Part shown: positions 38,281 through 48,652 of the stretch, one piece after another | Position numbering within the stretch: the stretch's first letter is position 1 | Layout: every line of letters starts with the position of its first letter | From: an uncultured delta proteobacterium | GTDB lineage: Bacteria; Desulfobacterota; Binatia; Binatales; Binataceae | Assembly (NCBI GenBank): GCA_963808235.1 | Contig: CAWEEQ010000004.1 | Span: forward strand, 1,504,001 to 1,568,000 | Reading direction: 5' to 3' | Length of the DNA: 64,000 bases | Made by a program: the position numbers and the translations under genes | Notes under the pieces: model-generated | Told to the model about the DNA's origin: nothing | What the model saw: only the letters and a program-made list of their open reading frames with translations | Database searches by the model: none

Positions 38281-39069
38281 ATGACACAAAAAGACAAATT
38301 CTACCGTGCCTATATGGACTTTTTCGAAACCGCGGAGCGCAAGCGCCGATGGAATATGTTCGAGGACGTCCCTTGGGATCAACTCTCTCCCCAAACCAAC
38401 ACCGAGCAGCGCGCGATTCGTATCGAGACCTACTGCGCCGAAGAACTCTATCTGCCGGACTACAATATTGCCGGCGTCGAGATGGCACGCGGCGTGTTCG
38501 GACTCGCATGGTTCCAGACCGCGTGGAGCCTCGAGGAGTCGCGCCACGGCTTGGTCCTCAAAGAGTACCTGCTCCGTTCGGGGCTGCGCAGCCCGGCGCA
38601 AATCGACAAGCTCGAGAGCGACGTGTTCGCGCGCTCGTGGAAACTTCCGTTCGCCACCCGGCGTCAGATGAGTTGTTACGGCGCACTCCAGGAAGCGGCG
38701 ACTTATCTTGCCTACCGGGCGCAAAAGGATCGCGCGGAACTCGAGGACGACAAGCCGCTGGCGGCTATTTTCTTTCTGCTCAGCCGCGACGAGGCCGCCC
38801 ACGCCGGCTTCTATCGCGAGATCATCGAGATCGAGATGGCGGAGGACCGCCCCGGCACGCTGCGCGATCTGGCTTACGTGATCGCGAATTTCAAAATGCC
38901 CGGCGACGGCTTGATTCCGCACTACCAGGAAAATCTGAAGATTGGCGGCGGCGGAATCAGCCCGCGTCATTTCTTCACCCGCGCGATAGTGCCGATATTG
39001 AAGCAGCTCGGAACCTCGCGCGACGAGCTGAAGGTCAGCACTCCAGCTCCGCTCAGAGCAGCATCCTGA
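38281..39069 (+). CDS. Acyl-ACP desaturase-like ferritin-like diiron protein
   Basis: EE..LPDY, W..EESRH, QE.AT, DEAAH, FKMPG. Confidence 0.85.
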   Translation: MTQKDKFYRAYMDFFETAERKRRWNMFEDVPWDQLSPQTNTEQRAIRIETYCAEELYLPDYNIAGVEMARGVFGLAWFQTAWSLEESRHGLVLKEYLLRSGLRSPAQIDKLESDVFARSWKLPFATRRQMSCYGALQEAATYLAYRAQKDRAELEDDKPLAAIFFLLSRDEAAHAGFYREIIEIEMAEDRPGTLRDLAYVIANFKMPGDGLIPHYQENLKIGGGGISPRHFFTRAIVPILKQLGTSRDELKVSTPAPLRAAS

Positions 39070-39193
39070 TCCGACTGTGCAGTAATCGCGCTGCATCGAC
39101 GGTCCTTTCCGTCAAGCAACGGCAAGGTGCGCGCTCACAGCTCCCACGATATAATTTCGTCGCGGCGCGTCGCTTGGCGCCCAGTTCAACGCG

Positions 39194-40117
39194 ATGACTC
39201 GGAACCGACTCCTGATTGGCGCCGCGGCGATCTTCCTCGTCTGGTTTGGCGTGAACCTCGCGCTTCATTTCGGCCAGATACATCACGACCAGCTCAATTT
39301 CGACATCCAGCAGACTTTCCCGCCCGACAAGCCGACGGTGCCGGGCGAGATTTTCGCGTCGACGCTGGCGGCAATCGTGGATCATGAGCTGCACACCGGG
39401 TTCGGATGGCGTCCCAATGATTTCTTTTTATGGGGTCCGAAAGTCGCCGCCGACAACAACTCCGATCGCCAGCTCGGGATAATCCAGGCAGTGCGCGAAA
39501 CCACTCGAGTCTTCAAGGACAACCTGACCAAGGTCTCGTCGAATCAGTACGATCCCAACCTGGTGATCGCCGACACCGATTTCCGAAACGACGCCGAGAA
39601 ATGGATCCTGCCGTCGCCGGAAGGGAAGTACAGTGACGGCGTCCAGCGGCTCAGAAACTACGTCGCGGGATTGCATGCGACGCCGCCGTCTTCGCGCGAG
39701 TTGAACACCCGCGCAGTGGAGCTGGTCAAGCTGGTGCAGGCGTGGACCGACTTGCTCGGCGACGCGCACGCGAACCTGTACCGCACGGTCAAGGATGACG
39801 GCAAGCCGGTCCGTAGCTGGGACTGCGATCACTATTTCTATCACTCGCAAGGCTACGCGCATGTGATGTACCACATGATGATTGCGATCGAGCGCGAATA
39901 CGCGGGCCAGCTCAAGGACGACCCGGTGCTGAAAACGCTGTGCGATGAATCAATCGACGCACTGGGGAAGGCGGCGCTGATGAAGCCGCTGGTGGTTATG
40001 AACGGCTCGCCGGACGGTCTGTTCGCGAATCATCGGCGCAACCTGGACGCGTTTATCACCGAGGCGCGACAGAAGATGTACTCGATTCGCGAGGAGCTGC
40101 AACGCACCCCGCTGTAG
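39194..40117 (+). CDS. DUF2333-like protein
   Basis: N-terminal TM; GWRPND, DN....Q.G, W.LPS.E..Y, P.VVMNG....LFANH. Confidence 0.65.
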   Translation: MTRNRLLIGAAAIFLVWFGVNLALHFGQIHHDQLNFDIQQTFPPDKPTVPGEIFASTLAAIVDHELHTGFGWRPNDFFLWGPKVAADNNSDRQLGIIQAVRETTRVFKDNLTKVSSNQYDPNLVIADTDFRNDAEKWILPSPEGKYSDGVQRLRNYVAGLHATPPSSRELNTRAVELVKLVQAWTDLLGDAHANLYRTVKDDGKPVRSWDCDHYFYHSQGYAHVMYHMMIAIEREYAGQLKDDPVLKTLCDESIDALGKAALMKPLVVMNGSPDGLFANHRRNLDAFITEARQKMYSIREELQRTPL

Positions 40118-40121
40118 GTTT

Positions 40122-40545
40122 TCATTCCGCGACTGTGACAGGCAGGGGTGCGGTGCGCTCTTCGAGGCAGCGGCGGTGTCTTCGCCAGAGCATTACTGCG
40201 GGAACCAGAAAATAAACGTATCCGGCGAAGCTGGCATGGTCGGTCCTGAGCGCGCATGCGACCAGGATTGAGAGCAAGGCCACGGCGACGTTGAGGAACT
40301 GCGAGACCATCGTGGTCCTGGTGAATGTTATCTCGAACGTGCTCAGGCCAAGGACGTCGCGCATCCTATAGGCGTGCCAATACATCGCGCCGAAAACCAC
40401 ATAGATCGCCGCGAAGCCGGAACCGAAAATGATCATGAGCCCGCGCGTCGCTCCAGATCATCACCGCGAAGCCGAAGACTACGTCGCTGACCGCCTCGAT
40501 GCGGTTCATTTCGTTACCGCGAAGCTGGAACTGCAACTTGGTCAT
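40122..40545 (-). pseudogene. TMEM175/DUF1211-like remnant with internal deletion
   Basis: RGNEMNRIEAVSDVVFGFA (from 40545) joined out of frame to the C-terminal helices (40122..40436). Confidence 0.6.
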
Positions 40546-40678
40546 TCAGGACGGGCGCGGCATTTCCCGGCGGCGCGTCGATGGTCCCTCTCCCAAGGAG
40601 CCCCAAAGGCAAGTAGCTTCCAGCGCCGCGCGGTACTTCGAAGTGGCAGTCGCCCGGCCTTACTCGCCGGGACGACCT

Positions 40679-41026
40679 CTATCTATGGATCCAGTGCCAG
40701 CTACCGCCCTGCTGCCGGTACACGTCGCCATTTTCGGCGCGGAATCGCCATCCGTTTGGATAGCTAACCCAATGGCCCCGGTGTCCCTGATACCATTGGT
40801 CTGCAGGTCCGCCCGCGTCCGCGCCACGGCCACCCCAACCCCAGTGACCGCCCTGCTCTCGGTACTCGTCGCCATCTTTGTCCCGGAATCGCCATGCATT
40901 TTGCTCTTGAATCCAGCGGCCCTGGCGTCCCTGATACCAGTCGTTGTCCTGCGCCTTGACCAAGCCGGGCGCCAGCGCGAAGGAAAGGATCAAAATCACA
41001 GCAATTGCTAGAGTTTTCGTTTTCAT
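40679..41026 (-). CDS. Secreted protein with two Trp-rich repeats
   Basis: Signal peptide; WYQG..G.W......WRFR...GD.YR.QGG.W.W occurs twice. Confidence 0.75.
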   Translation of the reverse strand: MKTKTLAIAVILILSFALAPGLVKAQDNDWYQGRQGRWIQEQNAWRFRDKDGDEYREQGGHWGWGGRGADAGGPADQWYQGHRGHWVSYPNGWRFRAENGDVYRQQGGSWHWIHR

Positions 41027-41122
41027 TGTTTCTATCTATAGCGGAGTCGATGACTCTTCGGCCACTTCCAGTATGTTACGAAGATAACAATTGTGACTGG
41101 TTCTCAGCCAGCACGGGGCGCT

Positions 41123-42943
41123 TCACAGTTCGACGAACGGGCACAGGAGCATGACGCCCCCGCGAAGCAGCATCTCGAGCATCGCGGGGGCCCATCTGAG
41201 TGGGATGCCCAGCGTGGTCGCGAACGCGCGCATCGCCCACGGCGTGGAATCGGACAGCTCGAAGTTCTCGCGGCGGAGCCGGAACCATCGGCGCTCGGCG
41301 CGATAGGTCACGAGTTGGTGACGCTGACGCTCGTCGATTTTGGCGCGGGTGCGCGCAATCGCGATCGCAGTATCGAGTCCGCCGATTTCATCGACGAGCC
41401 CGCGCTCTTTGGCGGCGAGACCGCTCCAGATGCGGCCCTTGGCGACTGCCTCGGTCTGCTCGGCGCTTAGGCGCCGCCCTTCGGCGACCTTGGCGCTGAA
41501 GGCGTAATACAGATGACCCACGGTTTCGTTCATTTGTGCAAGCTCGTCCTCGGTGAGTCCACGCGCGATCGACATCGCGTCGCTGACCGGAACGCTCTTC
41601 ACATATTCCAGGTTGACGCCGAGCTCATTCATCAGGCCGCCGAGGTTGAACTTTGCGTAGACGACGCCGATCGAGCCGGTGATGGTGGTGGATTCCGCGA
41701 CGATAGCGTCGGCGCCGGCCGCGACGTAGTAGCCGCCCGAGCCGGCAACGTCGCCCATCGAGACTACGACCGGCTTGCCGCGGCCTTGAGCCTCGCGGAC
41801 CGCGCGCCAGACCATGTCGGAGCCGACCGCGGAGCCGCCGGGCGAATTGACGCGGAACACGATTGCGCGCACGCGAGAGTCGCGCGATGCGCGCTCGATT
41901 TGCGCGGCGGTCGTGACTCCGCTGATAACTTCGCCGGTGGTCATCGCGTCGCCGGCGATCACCGGGCCGCTGCCGTGGACCAGCGCGATTCGCGCGCGGC
42001 GCCCGCGCTCGCGCGCATAGATCGCGTGGCGGCGATATCGCGCCATGCTTATGAAGCTTTTGCGCTTGTTCTCGGGATCGAGCTCGGCGCGGATGTCTTC
42101 GATATAGCCCTCGCGATCGATCAAATGATTATCGACGGCGAACTTTGTGCTGACGAATCCAGCCGCGATGAGTTCGCGCGCTCGTTCAGGTGGAAGCTTG
42201 CGTGCCGACGCGATGGTCTCGACAAGGACCTTCTCCCAGTCGGCGACGATCGCCTCCATGCTTTCGCGCAGCGCCGGAGACATCGCGTCGCGCTCGAAAG
42301 TCTCGGCCGCACCCTTGTATTCTTTCCATTGCAGGGTCTGCGCCTGGATCTTCAGCTTCGCGAATGCCTTGCGGAGAAAGACTCCACCGGTGGCGACGCC
42401 GAGCAAGGTCAGCATCGTGTCGGGATTGGCGGCGATTTCGCCCGCGCCCGCGGCGACCATGTAATCGCGCAAGCCCACGCTGTCGCCGTTGAGAATCGCG
42501 ATGACCCGCTTGCCGGACGAATTTACCGCGCGGAGCAGGCGATGCAACTCATGAGCGGTCGCGAGGCCCGCGCCGAGTCCGGCGATTTCGACCACGATCG
42601 CACGAACGTCGCTGTCTGCGGCGGCTGAATCGAGCACATAGCGGAGATGATCGAGGCTGATTGCGCCGCGGCGCATGAGCTGATCGAGCGGCGAGCCGGT
42701 CACGTCTTCTTCGATGGGACCGGCGAGCCGAATCATCACGACGGCGTCGTCGGGAATCCGCGCCGGGCGCACGACCGCAAGCCAGAACGCGGCCACGACT
42801 GCGAGCGCCATCGCGAGGAGCGTAATCCCTGCGGTCCAGTAACCGGCATCGCATGCGACCGAGCCGGCGGCGGCCAGGACTGCGACCAGGATCGCGAGCC
42901 TGACCTCGCGACTTATCCACAAGCTTTCGAATGGGTTCGTCAT
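41123..42943 (-). CDS. sppA: Signal peptide peptidase SppA (double S49 domain)
   Basis: YKGAAE, RVNSPGGS, SMGDVAGSGGY, TGSIGV, AKGRIW.G. Confidence 0.9.
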   Translation of the reverse strand: MTNPFESLWISREVRLAILVAVLAAAGSVACDAGYWTAGITLLAMALAVVAAFWLAVVRPARIPDDAVVMIRLAGPIEEDVTGSPLDQLMRRGAISLDHLRYVLDSAAADSDVRAIVVEIAGLGAGLATAHELHRLLRAVNSSGKRVIAILNGDSVGLRDYMVAAGAGEIAANPDTMLTLLGVATGGVFLRKAFAKLKIQAQTLQWKEYKGAAETFERDAMSPALRESMEAIVADWEKVLVETIASARKLPPERARELIAAGFVSTKFAVDNHLIDREGYIEDIRAELDPENKRKSFISMARYRRHAIYARERGRRARIALVHGSGPVIAGDAMTTGEVISGVTTAAQIERASRDSRVRAIVFRVNSPGGSAVGSDMVWRAVREAQGRGKPVVVSMGDVAGSGGYYVAAGADAIVAESTTITGSIGVVYAKFNLGGLMNELGVNLEYVKSVPVSDAMSIARGLTEDELAQMNETVGHLYYAFSAKVAEGRRLSAEQTEAVAKGRIWSGLAAKERGLVDEIGGLDTAIAIARTRAKIDERQRHQLVTYRAERRWFRLRRENFELSDSTPWAMRAFATTLGIPLRWAPAMLEMLLRGGVMLLCPFVEL

Positions 42944-43035
42944 CTAGAGTGTTTTTGTAGAATGTTTTTGTAGAAAGTTTTTTGCCCGGAATCGGTCGCC
43001 TTTTTTGATTGTCCCAAATACACTACCGCTTTTCG

Positions 43036-44427
43036 ATGCCCAGGTCTGTCTTCATCCTGATTCTCGCGCTTAGTGTCGTCGGCTTATTCTCGTGCGCGAC
43101 CAGCGCACCGCCGCCAACGCCGGCGAAGCCTCCATTTGTCGCGCGCTCGGCGACGCTTGAAGTAACCAACGGGATCAAGATTCTTAGCACGGTTGAACTG
43201 CCCGACGGCTTTGTGCCGATCGCCGGGCGCGCCCCGATGTGGCTGCAAAACGGCGCCGAGATCGGCGTGGTCGGAACCGAGGGCGGACATACGATCGTGT
43301 ACGGTCTGGGCGGCACCGCGTGGCGGACGGGGCGGATTCTCGCGGCGGAGACGGGACCGCGCGCGGCTGAAGCCGGAACGATCGTGGACGTGGCCGCGAG
43401 TCCCGACGGTTTGACGCTGGCGACCGCGATGGTCACGCCGGACGGCAAGCGCCTCGACTTGATTGTTCGCGACCTGATCGCGACCGGGCCGGGGCAGGCG
43501 CTCGCCAGCTTCGACGGACGATTCGATTCGGTCTCGGTAAGCTGGATCAACCGAGCGACGATCGCGCTCGCCTTGCGACGGCATCCAGAGCCACCGGCGG
43601 AAGATCTTCCAAAGACCGAGCAAGACGACCAGAGTGCAGACGCCAACGCGGCGCCGCCGCCAACTCCCGCCGACGGATTGCAACTGATCGTGATCACCGG
43701 CGCGGGCAGCGTAGCACCGCTTAAGCTCTCGTGCCGGATGTCGCCGCTTAGCTGGAGCACACACGGAGTCTACGCGGTCGGCCAGGGTGACGCGGGCGCC
43801 GCGCCGATCATCATCGACCGGCGCAAAGGCTCCTGCACCAGTTTTCATGTTCACCAACCGATTCACGTGCTCGATTGGAACAGCGACGACGAAGGTACGT
43901 TTCTCTACGTCGGATCCGATCCCACGGGGCACAGCATCGGCACCTACCAGTACGACATCGCGACTGGCGCTGAGAAGTTGATCGCCGTATCGACTGGCGC
44001 CGCGTCGTTCACCGACGGCAACGATATCGTCTCGCTCGGCAATCAGAAGCTTACCTTCCGCGCCGCGATCGAGCAGCCGCAAGCGCCGATTCTCGCGCAG
44101 GTCGCGATTTCCGAAGCCGAGCAAGGTGAGGTCGACGTAAAATCGCTCGGCTTCAACACGGTGCCGGCGATGCTCGCGCAGAGCACGATGGCTTATGCGA
44201 AGAGCGCCGACGATGCAGCGATGCAAATCTTTGCGCCGAGCCTGCCGGTGCCATGGCGCAAAATAGTCACCTACTCGGAGCGCTCGGACAGCGCGTTTCT
44301 GATCGCCGCCGGTCCGGCCCGGGGTACGGTCACGATGAGCTGGTCGCCGCAGGGGCGATGGGTGGCGATTCTGGATGGCGATCCTACCGTCGGCACAGTG
44401 CTAAGCGTGCTGGTCCCGCCGCGCTGA
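43036..44427 (+). CDS. Lipoprotein, probable beta-propeller
   Basis: LFSC lipobox; ASPDG, SWS..G, WSPQG blade-like motifs. Confidence 0.65.
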   Translation: MPRSVFILILALSVVGLFSCATSAPPPTPAKPPFVARSATLEVTNGIKILSTVELPDGFVPIAGRAPMWLQNGAEIGVVGTEGGHTIVYGLGGTAWRTGRILAAETGPRAAEAGTIVDVAASPDGLTLATAMVTPDGKRLDLIVRDLIATGPGQALASFDGRFDSVSVSWINRATIALALRRHPEPPAEDLPKTEQDDQSADANAAPPPTPADGLQLIVITGAGSVAPLKLSCRMSPLSWSTHGVYAVGQGDAGAAPIIIDRRKGSCTSFHVHQPIHVLDWNSDDEGTFLYVGSDPTGHSIGTYQYDIATGAEKLIAVSTGAASFTDGNDIVSLGNQKLTFRAAIEQPQAPILAQVAISEAEQGEVDVKSLGFNTVPAMLAQSTMAYAKSADDAAMQIFAPSLPVPWRKIVTYSERSDSAFLIAAGPARGTVTMSWSPQGRWVAILDGDPTVGTVLSVLVPPR

Positions 44428-44428
44428 G

Positions 44429-46627
44429 TCAGCTGCCCATTCGCGCGCGATTCTCGAAGTAGTCTGCCGCAGCACGAAACGCCGCCGCGGCGCGCTCGAA
44501 ACTGTCGAACACGACCAACCCACGCTCGCGGGCAAGTTGTTTGCCGCGTGCGACGATCGCCTCGACATGCGCGGGATGCATCACGACGGCGAACGGCTTC
44601 GCCGAGCGGCTCGCGAACGCCGTGAGCTTGTCGAGCAGTCCGGTGATTTCGTCCTCGTGCGCGGCCCATCGCGCGGCGCGAAGCCCGGTCCCGACTTCCA
44701 GAACGATCGCGTCGATCACCTGGTCGCGGTCGAGGATCTCGAGAATGCGATCGAGGTTGCCCTGATGCAGCCCGGACCCGATCGTCCCGCCCGCGTCGAG
44801 CGGATTGCGATAGCTGCCGCCGATAATGTTGAAGAACGATTTGAGCTCCGTATACGACGACTCCGACAACGCCGGAATCTCCAGCCCCGCGGTTGCGAAC
44901 GTGTCGGTAATCACCACGGATTGCCCACCGGTCATCGCAACCAGGCCCATCCGCCTTCCAGAAAGACGTTTTGAGCGCGCGAGTAACTCGACCGCGTCGA
45001 GCATCGCGTCGAGATTCGCGACTTCGACCGCGCCGCTTTGCCGCACGACCGCGCGCCAAGTCGCTTCGTCGGTCGCAAGCGAGCCGGTATGCGAGAAGGT
45101 CGCACGCGCGCCAGCCTCGGTGATACCGCCCTTCCAAATCACCACCGGATGACGCTCAGCCGCGCGCCGCACGCTGTTGAAGAAACGCCGGCCGTCGCGC
45201 ACCCCTTCGATATACATCCCGATCACGGTGGTCGCAGCGTCGTCGCTCATCAGATCGATGTAGTCGGCGGCCTCGAGCACCAGGACATTGCCAATCGACG
45301 CCGCCTTGTTGATTTCAATTCCGCGCGACGGCGCCTGCAGGCAAAAGTTGATGGTGTGAGTGCCGCTTTGCGAAATGAAGCAGACGTTACCCGAGGGGCC
45401 GACTTTTTCTTCGGGAAAATTGCACAGCCCCGCGCCCGGACTATAGAGGCCCATGCAATTCGGGCCGACCAGCGCGATTTCCGAGTTTATCGCGATGTCG
45501 CGAAGTTCGGCTTCGAGGCGGATTCCGAGTTCTTCCGACGTTTCCGAAAATCCCGAGGTGAAAAATCCGATCGAGCCAACTCGATTCGCGACGCAATCCT
45601 TCAAAATTCGCGGCGCGATCTGCCGCGGCACCGCGCTGACCGCATAGTCGATCGGTTCGGTTATCTCGGCGAGGCTTTTTCGATTCTCCACGCCGAGCGC
45701 TTCGATGCCGGGAATTTCGTTTGGGTCGATCTGAACGGAGTAGAGCTTGCCCTTCAGATTCTTCATCGCGCGGAGCCACATGTATCCGCCCATGCGCTTG
45801 TCGCCGATCACGGCGACCGCGCGCGGATTGAATGCGCGCCCCAGATTTTCCAGCCGCGCCGCGCGATGCGGATCGGGCGCGGGAGTCGCGGCGGCGGCGG
45901 GAGCGAGCACGATTCGAGCGTCGAGGATCGCAAGTCCGTCGTTGTATGCGACCACCGGATTCAAATCCATTTCGGCAATTTCAGGATGCGCCGCCGCGAA
46001 TCCCGCCACCGTTTCGAGGATCGAGACGATCGCGTCGATATCGACGCCCGGCTGACCGCGCACACCGCGCAGGATTTGCGCGCCGCGCAACTCGGAGAGC
46101 ATCGCGGCTGCCTCACGCCCGCCGATCGGTGCGAGACGCACCGAGGTGTCCTTCATCACCTCGACCATCACGCCGCCGAGCCCAACCATCACCATCGCAC
46201 CGAACCGCGCGTCGCGCATCGTCCCCACGATCAGCTCGAGTCCCGCACGCGCCATGGGCTGCACGGCGACACCTTCGAAACTGGCTCCTGGAGCCTTCGC
46301 ACCAAGATTGCGCCGTATCCGCTCGAAGGCGGCGCGGACCTCGGCCGGGTCCGCAAGATTCAGTTCGACGCCGCCGACGTCGCTCTTGTGGCTCACGCTC
46401 GGCGACAGCACCTTGAGCACGACCGGAAAGCCCATCTTTTCTGCCGCGAGCGCGGCTTCATCAGCGCTCGGCGCAACTTCCGGCACCGTGACCGGCAAGC
46501 CCAGCGCATGCAGAACTCGCTTGCTCTCGATCTCGGTTAGTACGGATCGTCCGCTCGACCTGGCAGACGATACAATTGACGAAAGTGTAGAGTCGCTCAC
46601 GCTTGTCGCGTATAGCAGAGCCAACAC
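44429..46627 (-). CDS. Acetate/acyl-CoA ligase (ADP-forming) family protein, ATP-grasp plus CoA-binding domains
   Basis: GFPVVLK..S....HKSDVGGV, DLNPV, VGPNCMG, ISQSG, SHTGSLA; start uncertain. Confidence 0.88.
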   Translation of the reverse strand: MLALLYATSVSDSTLSSIVSSARSSGRSVLTEIESKRVLHALGLPVTVPEVAPSADEAALAAEKMGFPVVLKVLSPSVSHKSDVGGVELNLADPAEVRAAFERIRRNLGAKAPGASFEGVAVQPMARAGLELIVGTMRDARFGAMVMVGLGGVMVEVMKDTSVRLAPIGGREAAAMLSELRGAQILRGVRGQPGVDIDAIVSILETVAGFAAAHPEIAEMDLNPVVAYNDGLAILDARIVLAPAAAATPAPDPHRAARLENLGRAFNPRAVAVIGDKRMGGYMWLRAMKNLKGKLYSVQIDPNEIPGIEALGVENRKSLAEITEPIDYAVSAVPRQIAPRILKDCVANRVGSIGFFTSGFSETSEELGIRLEAELRDIAINSEIALVGPNCMGLYSPGAGLCNFPEEKVGPSGNVCFISQSGTHTINFCLQAPSRGIEINKAASIGNVLVLEAADYIDLMSDDAATTVIGMYIEGVRDGRRFFNSVRRAAERHPVVIWKGGITEAGARATFSHTGSLATDEATWRAVVRQSGAVEVANLDAMLDAVELLARSKRLSGRRMGLVAMTGGQSVVITDTFATAGLEIPALSESSYTELKSFFNIIGGSYRNPLDAGGTIGSGLHQGNLDRILEILDRDQVIDAIVLEVGTGLRAARWAAHEDEITGLLDKLTAFASRSAKPFAVVMHPAHVEAIVARGKQLARERGLVVFDSFERAAAAFRAAADYFENRARMGS

Positions 46628-46657
46628 AGTATTTGAACCGGATTGGGAGCTTCACCG

Positions 46658-47689
46658 ATGCCGCGCCGAGCCAAATTGCGACCTAAAGTTTTCGTTGCGC
46701 GCCGAATCGATCAAGCCGCACTCGAGCGACTTAGGGGCATTGCGTCGGTCACGGTATGGAACAATGAGATGCCGCCGTCGGACAAGGCGCTGAGACTCGG
46801 GCTCGCGGACGCCGATGCGGTGCTTTCGATGCTCACCGAAAAAATCGACGCTTCCGTGATCGCTCACGCACCGCGGCTCCGCGTGATCAGCAACCTGGCC
46901 GTGGGCGTGGATAATATCGATCTCGAGGCCGCCACACGCGCCGGTGTCGCGGTCGGTCATACCCCCGGCGTCCTGACTGAGGCGACCGCCGATTTGAGTT
47001 TCGGCTTGATGATGGCGACGGCACGTAGAATCGCCGAGGCCGACCGCTATGTGCGCGCCGGACGATGGCGCACCTGGGGGCCGATGACGATGCTAGGACG
47101 CGACATCTACGGCGGTACGCTCGGGATAATCGGATGGGGCGCGATTGGGCAGGCGATGGCGCGCCGTGCGAGCGGATTCGGCATGCGAGTGCTGTATCTC
47201 GAACATCGGTCGCGGAGAAAATCTCGTCCAGAAGCCGGCGCGCGCGCTCTCGCGTCGGCACATCGCGTCACCCTGCCCCGCCTGCTCGCCGAGTCCGACT
47301 TCATTTCGCTTCATGCGCCGCTGACGCCCGAGACTTATCACATGCTCGGGAGGCGCGAGTTCGCACAGATGAAGCCGGGCGCCATTTTGATTAACACGGC
47401 GCGCGGCGCAGTCGTCGATCAGGACGCGCTGGTTCGAGCGCTCAAGTCGGGGAATCTCGCCGGCGCCGGACTCGACGTGACCGATCCGGAACCGATAGCG
47501 CGCTCCGACGCGCTGCTCAAATTCGACAATGTCGTCATCACGCCGCATATCGGCAGCGCCAGCACCGCGACGCGGGAGCGGATGGCGGCGATGGCGGTCG
47601 ACAATATTTCCGCGGTATTCGAGGGACGCCGTCCGCGATGGTGCGTGAATCCCCAGGTCAGGCTGCGCCCTTCCCCCTGCGCAACCTGA
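46658..47689 (+). CDS. D-glycerate dehydrogenase/glyoxylate reductase
   Basis: AVGVDNID, TPGVL, G.G.IG, INTARG, LDVTDPEP, TPHIGSA. Confidence 0.9.
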   Translation: MPRRAKLRPKVFVARRIDQAALERLRGIASVTVWNNEMPPSDKALRLGLADADAVLSMLTEKIDASVIAHAPRLRVISNLAVGVDNIDLEAATRAGVAVGHTPGVLTEATADLSFGLMMATARRIAEADRYVRAGRWRTWGPMTMLGRDIYGGTLGIIGWGAIGQAMARRASGFGMRVLYLEHRSRRKSRPEAGARALASAHRVTLPRLLAESDFISLHAPLTPETYHMLGRREFAQMKPGAILINTARGAVVDQDALVRALKSGNLAGAGLDVTDPEPIARSDALLKFDNVVITPHIGSASTATRERMAAMAVDNISAVFEGRRPRWCVNPQVRLRPSPCAT

Positions 47690-47724
47690 CCGGGTTCTGT
47701 CTAATGAAGCTCTTAGGAGAAGTG

Positions 47725-48084
47725 CTAGTTGCCGTTAATCGACCAGCTTGCGTTGCCGGTGCAGCTATTCACCGAATAGGAGTACGCATACTGCGTCGCG
47801 CCGTATAGCACTGCCATCAGATCGTATTGACAGTTTTCAGATCCGTCGCTGATATTGATCGTGGCCTGCTGGCCGGGCGCGAGCGACTGTCCGGAGTACA
47901 AGTTCGTCGAGGTGTCAAAAGCCGACGCGCTGGTGGGCGAGGCATAGAACTCGGTCATCGTATAGCTCGTATTATTTGTCACTGTGATGCCTTTGCTATC
48001 CGCGCGCGCGGTGGCGGCACCGGTGACGCTGAAGAGAACGAGCACGGCTACTATATTGCGCATCGATTTCATTTTTTGTTTCAA
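47725..48084 (-). CDS. Secreted beta-rich hypothetical protein at the end of a Tad cassette
   Basis: Signal peptide ..ARA-DS; N.T.Y....Y.SP, L.PGQ, C.YD. Confidence 0.7.
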   Translation of the reverse strand: MKQKMKSMRNIVAVLVLFSVTGAATARADSKGITVTNNTSYTMTEFYASPTSASAFDTSTNLYSGQSLAPGQQATINISDGSENCQYDLMAVLYGATQYAYSYSVNSCTGNASWSINGN

Positions 48085-48106
48085 CTCCGTTTTACTTGAA
48101 GTAAGT

Positions 48107-48595
48107 TCAGTTTGTAGTGCCTTCGCAGAACACTGATTCAGAACTAGTCAGAGTTTTAGGAAAATGGATGCCCAGGAATGGATTGGGCAGCGCCACTACC
48201 CCATCAGTCTTGAAAGTGGTCGAGACTGTCACAGCGTTGCCGAAGGTGCATGGAGGAGTCGGGTTCAAAGTCGAACTCAGATACTTTCCCCCGTTAGCGC
48301 TGATAGTCGGGGCTGCCACCGAGAGCATAAAGGTCTGAATCTGGGACTGGGTGTAGGTGCCGTGCAGTTGCGCATAGCGCGCACCCTGATAGTTCGCCTG
48401 GCCCAGAGCCAACGATGCTTCACCGATCATCGCGTATTGAATTCCTACCAGCATCATTATCAATAGCACCGGTAACGTAGCAGCGAGCTCGACCGCGGAT
48501 TGCGCACGGCTGCCTCCGCCGAGCCTCCGTACGATTGACGCAATCACGGTGAGTCGCCCTTTAGCCGCGTTGTCACTATGTCTTCGCCTAATCAT
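48107..48595 (-). CDS. TadE/TadF-like pseudopilin (cassette A')
   Basis: RAQSAVELA (Ala instead of Gly at -1), hydrophobic helix, GARYA. Confidence 0.85.
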   Translation of the reverse strand: MIRRRHSDNAAKGRLTVIASIVRRLGGGSRAQSAVELAATLPVLLIMMLVGIQYAMIGEASLALGQANYQGARYAQLHGTYTQSQIQTFMLSVAAPTISANGGKYLSSTLNPTPPCTFGNAVTVSTTFKTDGVVALPNPFLGIHFPKTLTSSESVFCEGTTN

Positions 48596-48652
48596 TGATC
48601 TTCCGCCTTCCACTGAGTTTCTCTGGTTCGCCGTTCGCATGCGGCGCGGATC

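Noticed and set aside
42913-42921. Perfect DnaA box TTATCCACA as an origin signal
   Set aside because: Single box inside the sppA coding start; no cluster and no dnaA/dnaN context
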